Of a DNA stretch of 64,000 bases, positions 24,700 to 33,444 are shown piece after piece (within the stretch, counting starts at the first letter, position 1; each line of letters starts with the position of its first letter). Source of the DNA: an uncultured Gammaproteobacteria bacterium (GTDB lineage: Bacteria; Patescibacteriota; Patescibacteriia; Patescibacteriales; GWC2-42-12); the NCBI GenBank assembly GCA_964560005.1, contig CAZLKB010000001.1, positions 77,079 through 141,078 of the forward strand, given 5' to 3'. A program made the position numbers and the translations under genes. Below the pieces are notes generated by a model, which did no database searches, was not told the origin of the DNA, and worked only from the letters and a program-made list of their open reading frames with translations.

Positions 24700-24897
24700 T
24701 TAGTTATATGGCATCAACTGCCTAATCACCCGATGTTCAGTGCTAGCTATACTAATATCACGGCGCTTACTGCGTGTAGTAACGCCGGATTCACGCGAAT
24801 TAAAATGGTCTTGTCCGCACTTTCTTTTTAAAATCTTGCCGGTTCTGGTTATTTTAAAACGTTTGACTGTGGCTTTATGAGTTTTTATTTTAGGCAT
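24700..24897 (-). CDS. rpmI: 50S ribosomal protein L35
   Basis: MPKIKTHKATVKRFKITRTGK... Start moved from GTG (24903) to the ATG at 24897. Confidence 0.9.
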   Translation of the reverse strand: MPKIKTHKATVKRFKITRTGKILKRKCGQDHFNSRESGVTTRSKRRDISIASTEHRVIRQLMPYN

Positions 24898-24929
24898 ACG
24901 CACATAAAATTAAATTGTCTTATAAATTT

Positions 24930-25025
24930 CCCACAAATATACAAATCGGATACAAATACAACGAATTCTTATTTAATAATCTTTACTAATTTGTATTATT
25001 CGTAGCTAATTCGTTGATTTGTGGG
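24930..25025. repeat. Long low-complexity inverted repeat (ACAAAT theme)
   Basis: CCCACAAATATACAAATCGGATACAAATAC pairs with ATTTGTATTATTCGTAGCTAATTCGTTGATTTGTGGG. It lies between infC and rpmI. Confidence 0.6.
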
Positions 25026-25093
25026 TTTTTTAATAAAAAACAGGTTAAAATACCTGATTTTCGCCTGCCTGTCCGGTAGGCAGGTATTTCCGA

Positions 25094-25651
25094 TTATTGT
25101 TTATTTATCAATATTATATTAAACCTTCCGCCTTGTTTTGTCAAGCCCTGCTCAATTTCCATGTTAAAGCCGGGGGTTTCTTTGAGTAAATAATAGAATT
25201 TTTTCATCATCTCTTCAGCCTTTTCCGGATGCTGGCGTTCCCTGCCTTTTAATATCAGTTCCAACTTTAATTTATCGCCTCGAGCTAGAAATTTCCTGGC
25301 TTGTTCAACCCTAAGGTCAAAATCATGCTGGCCGATTCTAACCGACAGCCTTAAGCCTTTAATTTCTATCTTTTTTTGCTTAACTTTTTGCTTTTGAGCC
25401 TCTTTTTCCTTTTCATATTTAAACTGCCCGTAATCTATGATTTTAACCACCGGCGGCTGAACTTTCGGGTTAACTTCCACTACATCCAAACCGGCTTCAA
25501 AAGCCAGCGCCAAGGCTTTGGCCGTAGGCATGACGCCGAGGCTCTGCCCGTTTTCATCAATCAAAAAAACTTCGGGTACGCGGATCTGCTGATTGACTCT
25601 GAATCTTTTTTTCTCTGACTCCGGCTTGGGCCGGTGATAAACTCGCCTCAT
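25094..25651 (-). CDS. infC: Translation initiation factor IF-3
   Basis: 185 aa. QIRVPEVFLIDENGQSLGV..VVKIIDYGQFKYE. Confidence 0.9.
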   Translation of the reverse strand: MRRVYHRPKPESEKKRFRVNQQIRVPEVFLIDENGQSLGVMPTAKALALAFEAGLDVVEVNPKVQPPVVKIIDYGQFKYEKEKEAQKQKVKQKKIEIKGLRLSVRIGQHDFDLRVEQARKFLARGDKLKLELILKGRERQHPEKAEEMMKKFYYLLKETPGFNMEIEQGLTKQGGRFNIILINKQ

Positions 25652-25895
25652 TGGTTGAATTATTAAATATTATATGTTATTTATACCTCAGAAACGGTTA
25701 AAAGTCAATTAAACTTTGACATAATATTTAAATAATGATAAGACGATGAAGGAAACCGAGATTGCCTTAGGTTTCTAGGTAATGAAGCGGACTAACAGCC
25801 CAGAAAGCGGGTTAGATCGTATCTCGTCTTGCCAGAAGTGAGACGGATGGAACAGACTCCCATTGCCAATTCCGGCAAACGAAAGATAAGTTAAC

Positions 25896-26513
25896 ATGTT
25901 CATTAAAGCAAAAATTAGGGGCATTCCCCTTTACACGCTCGCCCAGTCCGAGCTATTCCCGCAAATTAAAACCCTCGCCAGCTTGTGGAAAAACCTCAAC
26001 GGGGATAATCCAATAGGCCAGGCTAAACCCATGTATCCAACCATGCTTCTTGCGTGGCTAATGACTACTCTCGCCTTGCTCATATTTTTCGTTAAACCCC
26101 TGGAAAGCACCATCGGCGCAGGGATCTTAATACTTATCATAGGATTCTTCTTTTTCTCGTTAGCTATCCTAGCGCAACCTTGGAAATTCGTCAAAGCCGT
26201 CCGCCGGCTGGACCAATGCCTGGAGCAATTGCAAGACAACGGCATTGCCAGACTTCCTCACACCGGCGAGGAAATAGCGGCTTTTTTAAGGGAACGAATG
26301 ACTGGCATAGCGTATCTGGTCCTACTCTATGAACGAGAAGAAGGCCGTGGATCCGATAGCGCGGAAAAATGGCGCCAGTGTATGAAGAATCTGGGCTATG
26401 TCGCCGTAGAATTTGGCCTTAATTTCGGCCGGCACGATCCATACTACGAGGAAGCTGCGGCCCGGCTGGCCCGGGAAAAAATTTCTGCCGGTCCCGTACC
26501 GGTAAGCGCCTAA
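25896..26513 (+). CDS. Hypothetical membrane protein
   Basis: 205 aa with two central TM helices. Leucines mostly CTC/CTG. Hairpin terminators follow. Confidence 0.5.
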   Translation: MFIKAKIRGIPLYTLAQSELFPQIKTLASLWKNLNGDNPIGQAKPMYPTMLLAWLMTTLALLIFFVKPLESTIGAGILILIIGFFFFSLAILAQPWKFVKAVRRLDQCLEQLQDNGIARLPHTGEEIAAFLRERMTGIAYLVLLYEREEGRGSDSAEKWRQCMKNLGYVAVEFGLNFGRHDPYYEEAAARLAREKISAGPVPVSA

Positions 26514-26606
26514 TCGGCGCAAACAACACCACGCGGCGCGTTCACCATCTGAATCCGCCGCTTTTTTATTAAAAAAACAGCTCTTTTAAAGCTGTTTTTT
26601 TTAGAG

Positions 26607-26681
26607 TGGAGCGGGTAACGGGAATCGAACCCGTATATTCAGATTGGCAACCTGACGTACTAACCATTGTACTATACCCGC
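26607..26681 (-). tRNA. tRNA-Gly(GCC)
   Basis: Acceptor GCGGGTA/TACCCGC, loop TTGCCAA, discriminator U, CCA encoded. Confidence 0.9.
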
Positions 26682-26747
26682 CTACGCTTAAGCTTCGGCG
26701 GGCAAGCCCGCAAAAGTTAGCTGGCAATTTACATATTTGATCTTTAC

Positions 26748-26833
26748 TGGTGGCTCAGGTGGGAGTCGAACCCACATGCCCATAGGACGCAACATTTTAA
26801 GTGTTGTGCGTATACCAGTTCCGCCACTGAGCC
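26748..26833 (-). tRNA. tRNA-Leu(TAA)
   Basis: Acceptor GGCTCAG/CTGAGCC, loop CTTAAAA, long variable arm, CCA encoded. Confidence 0.9.
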
Positions 26834-26836
26834 ATT

Positions 26837-27307
26837 CTATTTTTTACGATTTCTGCCGCGATGCGTTGGTTTTAAACTATGGCAATTGGGACAAAGGATT
26901 CTTAAATTTTCTATTCTATTGTCGCGACTATCGCCATTTATATGATCGAGCTCTAACGGCAAACGCCCATCTGGTGAAACCCTTGCCCAACCACATTCTT
27001 CGCATCTAGGCAATTTTAATTTCTCTTTATATAATCTTTTCTTTAACTTATAGCTTTGAAAATTACTACCTTTGACCAATATTTTATCTAATGCAATTCT
27101 CGGGCTGCTAAAACCTGTTAATCCTTTGTTCCAGCCACGCCCTTTAAGATGGCTCGTATTTATTTTGAAAATAACCAAATATTTTTTTATTTGATTGTAA
27201 TTTCCACCAGCTAGTTTAAGCCCAAGTAATTTTAATACTTGTCTAACGCTGGTTGATTTTTTAACCGCTTCTTTTAACTGCCGTTCGGTCCAACTTTTTG
27301 TTCTCAT
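26837..27307 (-). CDS. HNH endonuclease
   Basis: C-terminal LELDHINGDSRDNRIENLRILCPNCH. Start moved from TTG to the ATG at 27307. The stop lies 3 nt before the tRNA-Leu(TAA) 5' end. Confidence 0.8.
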   Translation of the reverse strand: MRTKSWTERQLKEAVKKSTSVRQVLKLLGLKLAGGNYNQIKKYLVIFKINTSHLKGRGWNKGLTGFSSPRIALDKILVKGSNFQSYKLKKRLYKEKLKLPRCEECGWARVSPDGRLPLELDHINGDSRDNRIENLRILCPNCHSLKPTHRGRNRKK

Positions 27308-27390
27308 ATATAATATTATATCATAATGGTAATGATATAACAATATACATACTAATACGTATACCTGTTCTATCTTTTCAATAAGTCGAG

Positions 27391-27770
27391 TGGAGATGAG
27401 GGGAATTGAACCCCTGTCTAATAAACTTCTTAAAGCATATTTACAGATTAGATCGATTTGTTTTCTCGCTACCGCCGTAAAAACCGAACAAAATCGGCCG
27501 TAGCAGAGCTTATTTTTTAAGATAACCGATAAAGCGATCGATTATTCGAGCCTATGATTTTACACTCGTATCCGGCGTATAGGCGTCAGCCGGGCGAATG
27601 GTTGCGGCTATTAAGCGGCAACAGGGGCAAAGGCCGGCATTTTCCAAGAAAATGTCGCTTTGCTCAATAAGTTTTTGACACTTATTATTTTCGAGCGCGA
27701 TTAAAGTGACGGCTCGAGACGCACTCCTGAATGCTTTAAAAAAATTTTATTATCGATGCCTAGCATCCCC
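27391..27770 (-). ncRNA. ssrA: tmRNA (SsrA)
   Basis: The 5' GGGGATG pairs with the 3' CATCTCC (G3:U70). T-arm AGGGG-TTCAATT-CCCCT. The internal tag frame ends ..PAFAPVAA then TAA TAG (27608-27658). smpB is adjacent. Confidence 0.85.
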
Positions 27771-27774
27771 GGAA

Positions 27775-27916
27775 TAAAATTTTTAATTTTCAATTTTTAA
27801 TTTTTATACAATTTCCAACGATTTAATGATTAAATTTTCAAAATAAGTCGCTATCTGTTTATGTAATTGAAAATTAATCCATTGTTTGAAAATTGAAAAT
27901 TAGAAATTGAAAATTC
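27775..27916. repeat. AT-rich 7-nt-periodic inverted-repeat spacer (GAAAATT theme)
   Basis: TTAATTTTCAATTTTTAATTTTT on the left versus GAAAATTGAAAATTAGAAATTGAAAATT on the right. Confidence 0.55.
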
Positions 27917-28378
27917 TTACCGTTTTGTTAAGGTTCTTATTTGGCGGTCTAACTCTCTCTTTTTAATAACCCCTCTCTTGTCGTATTTCTTCCGCCCTTT
28001 GCCTATGCCGAATTCCAGCTTAATAAAACTATGCTTAGTATATATTTTTATGGGAACTAATGTCAAGCCTTGTTCGTCTTTTTTCCCCATCAGATAACCG
28101 ATTTCTTTCTTTTTTAAAAGCAATTTTCTGGAACGCAATGGGTCGTAGCCGGGGCGGTCGCCGGCAAACTTGTACAGAGGTATATGCGCATTAATCAAAT
28201 AAGCTTCGGGCAAGTTTTTTCCTCTCATCTTTTTGAAAGTCACATAACTGCCCTTTAGGCTTACATGCCCGGTTTTAATTGACTTTACTTCATAACCCAA
28301 TAGTACCAAGCCGGCTTCATAAGTTTCTTGGATGTCATAATCAAAATTCGCGCGTTTATTATAGGCCAGAGTGGGCAT
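27917..28378 (-). CDS. smpB: SsrA-binding protein
   Basis: 153 aa. NKRANFDYDIQETYEAGLVLLGYEVKSIK. Confidence 0.95.
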   Translation of the reverse strand: MPTLAYNKRANFDYDIQETYEAGLVLLGYEVKSIKTGHVSLKGSYVTFKKMRGKNLPEAYLINAHIPLYKFAGDRPGYDPLRSRKLLLKKKEIGYLMGKKDEQGLTLVPIKIYTKHSFIKLEFGIGKGRKKYDKRGVIKKRELDRQIRTLTKR

Positions 28379-28380
28379 AT

Positions 28381-28507
28381 GTAAAATTTTTAATTTTCAA
28401 TTTCTAATTTCTAAACAATCAACAAATGAATTAATTTCCAATTTATTTTGACATTGAAAATTGTATGATTAGAAATTGTTTGAAAATTGAGAATTGAAAA
28501 TTGAAAA
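28381..28507. repeat. AT-rich 7-nt-periodic inverted-repeat spacer (GAAAATT theme)
   Basis: TTAATTTTCAATTTCTAATTTCTAAAC on the left versus GTTTGAAAATTGAGAATTGAAAATTGAAAATT on the right. Confidence 0.55.
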
Positions 28508-29794
28508 TTACTTAACCACATTCCACTCCCTTAATTTCTCCATAACCTTTTTACCGGTTAAGTTATTAGCCACATAATCGCGGTATGACCGGCTCTTTAT
28601 CCTGTCGGCAATTTTTTGATCGCCCTGATATTGCTTTAAAACCTCTTCAATCGCTTTGTCTATATCATGTTCATGGGCTTGGATTTTTTCTAAATTCGCC
28701 ACTTCTCTGACGATTAAAGAAACCTTCACTCGCTTAACCGCGTCCGGCGTCATCTCCAGCATCATCTGCTCGCGGGTCTTTTTTAAGTGCAGTAAATAAT
28801 CTTCAAACTTACCGCCCTGTTTTTTCACGCCATACTCTAGTTCCGACATCATCACCTCGCCCTCATGCTTGATTAAAATCTCCGGTATCTCGCCGAATTT
28901 CGCGCCGGCGATTATTTTATCCAACATGGCGACTTCACTGGCTCGCTCTATTTCCTGCTTTTTTTCCGCCATCAGGCTTTTTTTAATATTACTCTTTAAT
29001 TCTTCCGCCGACTTTAAGCCGAACCCTTTAGCGAATTCTTCATTAACTTCCGGCAAGATCCGCTTATATATTTCTTTGACTTTAACCCTGAATTCGGCCA
29101 TTTTTCCGGCTAGGTTTTTATCATGGTGCTCGGCCGGATAGGGCAGGCTGAATTCTCGGACATCGTTTTTCTTCGCGTTAATAATCTGCTTATCAAAACC
29201 TGGAATAACATAATTTTTTCCGATAATCACGCTGGCGCCCTTGCCTTGGCCGCCTTCAACCGGAACTTTGTCTAAAAAAATCTCTATATCTAAAATTACC
29301 CGATTGCCGGCTTCGGCCGGAGCTTCGGAAATCGTTTCGCTGGCGCGCATTTCTCTTAATTCAGCTATTAATTTCTCCACTTCCTGGTCTTTAACTTCCG
29401 CCTCCGCCTCCTTTATTTTTAAATCTTTATATTTCCCCAGTTTGGTTTCGGGTAGCATGGTTAAAACTACTTTATACTCCATCGGATTATCGGGCGCGAG
29501 CTTAGTGATATTGATTTGCGGCTGGCCGACTATTTGTTCTTTCACATTATCTCTAATCGCCTTATCAGCGGTTTTATCAATGGCGATGCGCGCGGCTTCT
29601 TCTAATATCGTCATCTCGCCGATTTTAGCTTTTAAAATTTCGTACGGCGCCTTGCCCGGACGGAAGCCTTCAATTTTCACTTCCATAGAAACTTTTTCCG
29701 CTCCGCGCGAAACATACGGCTTAAACTCATCCGCCGTCAATTCCACGGTTAATTCAATTTGCGACTTACCTAGATCTTTTTTGGTTATGTTCAT
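28508..29794 (-). CDS. tig: Trigger factor
   Basis: 428 aa. N-terminal ribosome-binding motif GFRPGKAP and trigger factor domain order. Confidence 0.9.
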   Translation of the reverse strand: MNITKKDLGKSQIELTVELTADEFKPYVSRGAEKVSMEVKIEGFRPGKAPYEILKAKIGEMTILEEAARIAIDKTADKAIRDNVKEQIVGQPQINITKLAPDNPMEYKVVLTMLPETKLGKYKDLKIKEAEAEVKDQEVEKLIAELREMRASETISEAPAEAGNRVILDIEIFLDKVPVEGGQGKGASVIIGKNYVIPGFDKQIINAKKNDVREFSLPYPAEHHDKNLAGKMAEFRVKVKEIYKRILPEVNEEFAKGFGLKSAEELKSNIKKSLMAEKKQEIERASEVAMLDKIIAGAKFGEIPEILIKHEGEVMMSELEYGVKKQGGKFEDYLLHLKKTREQMMLEMTPDAVKRVKVSLIVREVANLEKIQAHEHDIDKAIEEVLKQYQGDQKIADRIKSRSYRDYVANNLTGKKVMEKLREWNVVK

Positions 29795-29803
29795 ATGTTA
29801 TAT

Positions 29804-29829
29804 TGTCATTGCGGGCTTAACCCGCAATC
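29804..29829 (-). repeat. GC-rich hairpin repeat, short form (GATTGCGGGTTAAGCCCGCAATGACAAT)
   Basis: GACAAT lies exactly 7 nt upstream of the tig ATG. Confidence 0.6.
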
Positions 29830-29832
29830 TAT

Positions 29833-30150
29833 TTATTTTTTTATCCAATATTTAGTTACCCATTTTTTAATAAACTCCTCTTCTAAATCAATCTTCTGAA
29901 TTTCGGCAATACCCGCCACTATTCCTAATACATCCGATAATTCCTTGGCCATTTCTTTTTTTGATATCTTTGTTGGTAAATATTTTGCCGGCCGGCATCT
30001 TCTATAGTGCAATAAATAAGACTGAACAAATTCTCCGACCTCTTCGGTTAATTTCAATAGTAAATAATCATTTGACAGCTTAATACCGTCTCTTTTTGAA
30101 TTACGCCGAATCACTTTGATCGCCTGTCTTTGCAATTGTTTAATATCCAT
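29833..30150 (-). CDS. MazG-like nucleotide pyrophosphohydrolase
   Basis: 105 aa with the LTEEVGEF and ELSDVLG helices typical of the all-alpha NTP-PPase fold. Confidence 0.55.
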   Translation of the reverse strand: MDIKQLQRQAIKVIRRNSKRDGIKLSNDYLLLKLTEEVGEFVQSYLLHYRRCRPAKYLPTKISKKEMAKELSDVLGIVAGIAEIQKIDLEEEFIKKWVTKYWIKK

Positions 30151-30170
30151 ATATTATTATTTCTATTTTA

Positions 30171-30197
30171 TTGTCATTCCCGCGTAGGCGGGAATCC
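30171..30197 (-). repeat. GC-rich hairpin repeat, short form (GGATTCCCGCCTACGCGGGAATGACAA)
   Basis: Perfect 7-bp stem TTCCCGC/GCGGGAA. It lies 19 nt upstream of the ATG at 30150. Confidence 0.6.
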
Positions 30198-30230
30198 AAG
30201 AGCGTGCCACAGGAATCATTTCATTGTCTT

Positions 30231-30959
30231 CTATCTTTTTCTAAAGACATACTCCCAATGTTTTGCTAATACATCGGCCGTAACGCTGGGCCTGCTATGT
30301 AAATCCTTATAAACTACTTCAAATCTGCTAAATAAATTTTCTACTTCTTGATCAGTAAAAAAGTGATGCGGGAGAAAACCGTCTTTCTGCTTAATATTTA
30401 TTTTTGTACCCGGCTCAAGCTCATCACCTGTTTGATACCTTGGATCATCAACGGAAGGCACGGAAAAAGCTAATAAACTTCCTTTTCTCAAAACTCTTCT
30501 TATGTCCTCAATCCATTTTCTAATTTGCTTCATGCGCCCATGCTCTACCACTAATGTTGATACAATTCCATCAAAATATTCATCTTGATAAGGCAACCCT
30601 TTATCTAAATCATTTATGAAAGTACGCATGGAAACATTACAATTTTTTAATATCCCTGTTTTTTTTATTACTTCATTTACTATCTCTATGGCTTCTTGTG
30701 AAATATCGAAAGACTCAATATGAATGCTCCGCTGACTTAATAAATTTTCTGCCATAAATATTGTGTGTCTACCGGTTCCACATCCAGCATCGAGCAATAC
30801 TAGAGTTTTTTTCTTCTCATGAAGCAGAAGATCTATGAACCTTTTCACGCATGGCATTATTTCGCGCTGAACAATACCAAGCTCCTTATAAATATTTTCC
30901 CATCCTTTATTATCAGTATATTTATCCGCCTGATTTAAATCTTGTTTAATATGTGTCAT
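30231..30959 (-). CDS. Class I SAM-dependent methyltransferase
   Basis: Motif I VLLDAGCGTGRH. Start moved from TTG to the ATG at 30959. Confidence 0.8.
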   Translation of the reverse strand: MTHIKQDLNQADKYTDNKGWENIYKELGIVQREIMPCVKRFIDLLLHEKKKTLVLLDAGCGTGRHTIFMAENLLSQRSIHIESFDISQEAIEIVNEVIKKTGILKNCNVSMRTFINDLDKGLPYQDEYFDGIVSTLVVEHGRMKQIRKWIEDIRRVLRKGSLLAFSVPSVDDPRYQTGDELEPGTKINIKQKDGFLPHHFFTDQEVENLFSRFEVVYKDLHSRPSVTADVLAKHWEYVFRKR

Positions 30960-31021
30960 AAAACAAGTTTTCAAATTTATCCGCTACTATCATTTATAAC
31001 ATATACCTACCATTAACTCAT

Positions 31022-31074
31022 GGATTGCGGGTCCCATACCTACCGGCAGGCAGGAAGCCCGCAATGACAAAAAA
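31022..31074 (+). repeat. GC-rich hairpin repeat (GGATTGCGGG..CCCGCAATGACAAAAAA)
   Basis: Plus-strand orientation, in tandem with the next copy. Confidence 0.55.
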
Positions 31075-31077
31075 TTC

Positions 31078-31132
31078 TGGATTCCCGCCTTCCCTCGGCA
31101 GGCTCGGGACAGGTCGCGGGAATGACAAAAAA
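31078..31132 (+). repeat. GC-rich hairpin repeat, long form (GGATTCCCGCC..GCGGGAATGACAAAAAA)
   Basis: Ends 10 nt before the 5' arm of element A2. Confidence 0.55.
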
Positions 31133-31142
31133 GTACAGTAAG

Positions 31143-31304
31143 CAGTGGGGTGAAATATGTTATTTTTTGAAACGAGGATTGTTTGAGCCACCACCAATTA
31201 ATGCAATTCACACCTAATAGTCTTTATAGCCACTGACAGTTTTATTTAAGCTAACATCTGGCGAGTGCCGCAGTGAAAAAAATTACATATTTCACCCCAC
31301 TGCC
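31143..31304 (+). repeat. Structured element, type A, copy A2
   Basis: Arms GCAGTGGGGTGAAATATGTTA / ATTACATATTTCACCCCACTGC. Core TTTTTTGAAACGAGGATTGTTTGAGCCACCACC..GGCGAGTGCCGCAGTGAAAAAA. Confidence 0.7.
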
Positions 31305-31315
31305 TTTTATATTTA

Positions 31316-33307
31316 CTAAATCAACAATCCAACAATAAGTAGAGCAACAATATTCAAAATCTTTATCATGGGATTTATCGCCGGACCGGCCGTATCTTTA
31401 TAAGGATCGCCGACCGTATCGCCGGTCACAGCCGCCTTATGAGCGTCCGAACCTTTACCGCCGAAATTCCCGTCTTCAATATATTTCTTGGCATTGTCCC
31501 AAGCCCCGCCGCCGGATGTCATGGAAATGGCCACAAAAATTCCCGTAATTATAGAACCCACCAATAATCCGCCTAAAGCTTCAACGCCTAAAATGAAGCC
31601 AACTAAAATTGGCGCGGCCACCGGTATCATGGCCGGAATTATCATTTCGCCGATAGCGGCCTTAGTAACGATATCAACGGTCTTGCCATAGTCCGGCTTG
31701 TCCGTGCCTTGCATAATACCCGGCTTGGCTTTAAATTGCGCGCGCACTTCTTCCACTACGGCTCCGGCCGCCCGGCCCACTGCTTTCATGGCTAAGGCGC
31801 CGAAATAATATGGCAATAGCCCGCCGATAAATAGGCCGGCTAGGACTCTGGGGTCATTAATTAAAAATTGATAAGTTTCAGGAAGACTATGAGTATAATC
31901 CGCGAACAAGACTAGGGCGGCTAAAGCGGCCGAACCGATGGCATAGCCCTTGGTCACGGCCTTAGTGGTATTGCCGACCGCGTCCAAAGGATCGGTTATA
32001 GCGCGAACTTCGTCGCCCATTTGAGCCATCTCGGCGATGCCGCCGGCATTGTCCGTAATCGGGCCGTAAGAATCAATCGTTACGATTATGCCGGCCATGG
32101 ATAGCATAGCCATGGCCGCGATAGCCACGCCGTAAATTCCGGCGAAACTGAAGGCGCCTAAAATCGCGGCCACAATCACCACCACCGGCCAAGCCGTTGA
32201 TTTCATAGACACGGCCAGCCCGGCAATGATATTGGTGCCATGGCCGGTTCGCGACGCTTCGGCAATATCTTTAACCGGCTGATAATCTTTTGAAGTATAG
32301 TATTCGGTTATCACTACCATGGCCGCGGTAACCGCTAAGCCGATGAGCGAGGCTAAATATAAATTCATCACGCTATAAGTTCCGTTATCCGCCATTAGCC
32401 ACTTGGTTATGGGGTAAAAGGTAATGGCGGCTAAAACGCCGCTAACGATTAATGCTTTATACAAGGCACCCATGATATTATTTTTTGCTCCCAGTTTTAC
32501 GAAGAAACTGCCGATGATTGAGGCAATGATTGAGGCCGCTCCTATCACTAAAGGATAGAGTACCGCGTTGCCGAAACCGGCGAACAGCAATGAACCGAGG
32601 ATCATGGTGGCGATGCAAGTAACCACATAAGTTTCAAACAGGTCGGCCGCCATGCCGGCGCAATCGCCCACATTATCGCCCACATTATCGGCGATCACGG
32701 CAGGGTTTCTCGGGTCGTCTTCCGGTATGCCGGCTTCAACCTTGCCGACTAAGTCCGCGCCCACATCAGCCGCCTTAGTAAAAATACCGCCGCCTAGGCG
32801 GGCAAAAATTGAAATTAAAGAACCGCCGAAGCCCAAGCCGATTAAAGCGTGGGTGTCTTTGGTAATGAAATAAAATCCGGCAGTGCCCAGAAGCGCCAGG
32901 CCAACCACCAGCATACCGGTAATATTGCCTCCCTGAACCGCTACCTTCAGCGCCTTAGCTAGCCCGCCCTTGGCCGCTTCAGCCGTTCTGACATTAGCGC
33001 GCACGGAAATATTCATGCCGATATAGCCGGTTAAGGCGGATAAAAACGCGCCGATTAAAAAAGCCAGCGCCATGGTCCAGCCTAATTTAGGTATAAAGCC
33101 CATGATTAAAAAAAGCACAGCCGCCACGACCGCGATAGTTTTATACTGGCGGTTTAAATAAGCTTTGGCGCCATCCTGAATCGCCTTAGCGATGGCTTGC
33201 ATTTTTTCGTTTCCGGCAGGCAAGCGCAAAATAATTCTGATTAGAATCGCGCCATAAATTATGGCGAGCGCCGCGGCGCCGAAAATCAACAGAGTGATTG
33301 AGGTCAT
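31316..33307 (-). CDS. hppA: Membrane-integral (V-type) inorganic pyrophosphatase
   Basis: 663 aa, polytopic. Motifs [18 protein letters not shown] and DNAGGIAEM. Confidence 0.95.
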   Translation of the reverse strand: MTSITLLIFGAAALAIIYGAILIRIILRLPAGNEKMQAIAKAIQDGAKAYLNRQYKTIAVVAAVLFLIMGFIPKLGWTMALAFLIGAFLSALTGYIGMNISVRANVRTAEAAKGGLAKALKVAVQGGNITGMLVVGLALLGTAGFYFITKDTHALIGLGFGGSLISIFARLGGGIFTKAADVGADLVGKVEAGIPEDDPRNPAVIADNVGDNVGDCAGMAADLFETYVVTCIATMILGSLLFAGFGNAVLYPLVIGAASIIASIIGSFFVKLGAKNNIMGALYKALIVSGVLAAITFYPITKWLMADNGTYSVMNLYLASLIGLAVTAAMVVITEYYTSKDYQPVKDIAEASRTGHGTNIIAGLAVSMKSTAWPVVVIVAAILGAFSFAGIYGVAIAAMAMLSMAGIIVTIDSYGPITDNAGGIAEMAQMGDEVRAITDPLDAVGNTTKAVTKGYAIGSAALAALVLFADYTHSLPETYQFLINDPRVLAGLFIGGLLPYYFGALAMKAVGRAAGAVVEEVRAQFKAKPGIMQGTDKPDYGKTVDIVTKAAIGEMIIPAMIPVAAPILVGFILGVEALGGLLVGSIITGIFVAISMTSGGGAWDNAKKYIEDGNFGGKGSDAHKAAVTGDTVGDPYKDTAGPAINPMIKILNIVALLIVGLLI

Positions 33308-33339
33308 AAATTTAAAGTTAATTTTAGCTTTTAAATCTT

Positions 33340-33444
33340 ATATAATGTAAAATTTAAAAATCAAAATGCAAAATGACAGTTTAAAATGTAAAATTAATAA
33401 TTTTTAATTTTGCATTGTCATTTTACATTTTGAGATTTACATTT
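33340..33444. repeat. AT-rich low-complexity inverted-repeat spacer (AAAATGTAAAAT theme)
   Basis: AATCAAAATGCAAAATGACAG versus TTTGCATTGTCATTTTACATTTTGAG. It fills the hppA-nusA gap. Confidence 0.55.

Noticed and set aside
25652-25895. The roughly 140-nt region upstream of the 25896 ORF, with several small hairpins and a TTGACA-like box, might be a riboswitch.
   Set aside because: It has no resemblance to any riboswitch class I can recall, there is only one copy, and the hairpins are short. This is not enough to make a call.
27775-28507. Periodic GAAAATT/AAAATTG arrays flanking smpB might have been CRISPR-like.
   Set aside because: The period is 7 nt with no constant 25-40-nt repeat, no unique spacers and no cas genes. 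The two halves are inverted copies, so these are low-complexity hairpin spacers.
29241-29855. Long antisense shadow ORFs: 29241-29855 opposite tig, 3042-3539 opposite pyrF, 33458-33820 and 34328-34789 opposite nusA, and 45749-46219 opposite the ABC-F gene.
   Set aside because: Each lies fully within a well-supported gene on the other strand, has a Ser/Leu/Ala-rich low-complexity translation and has no motifs.
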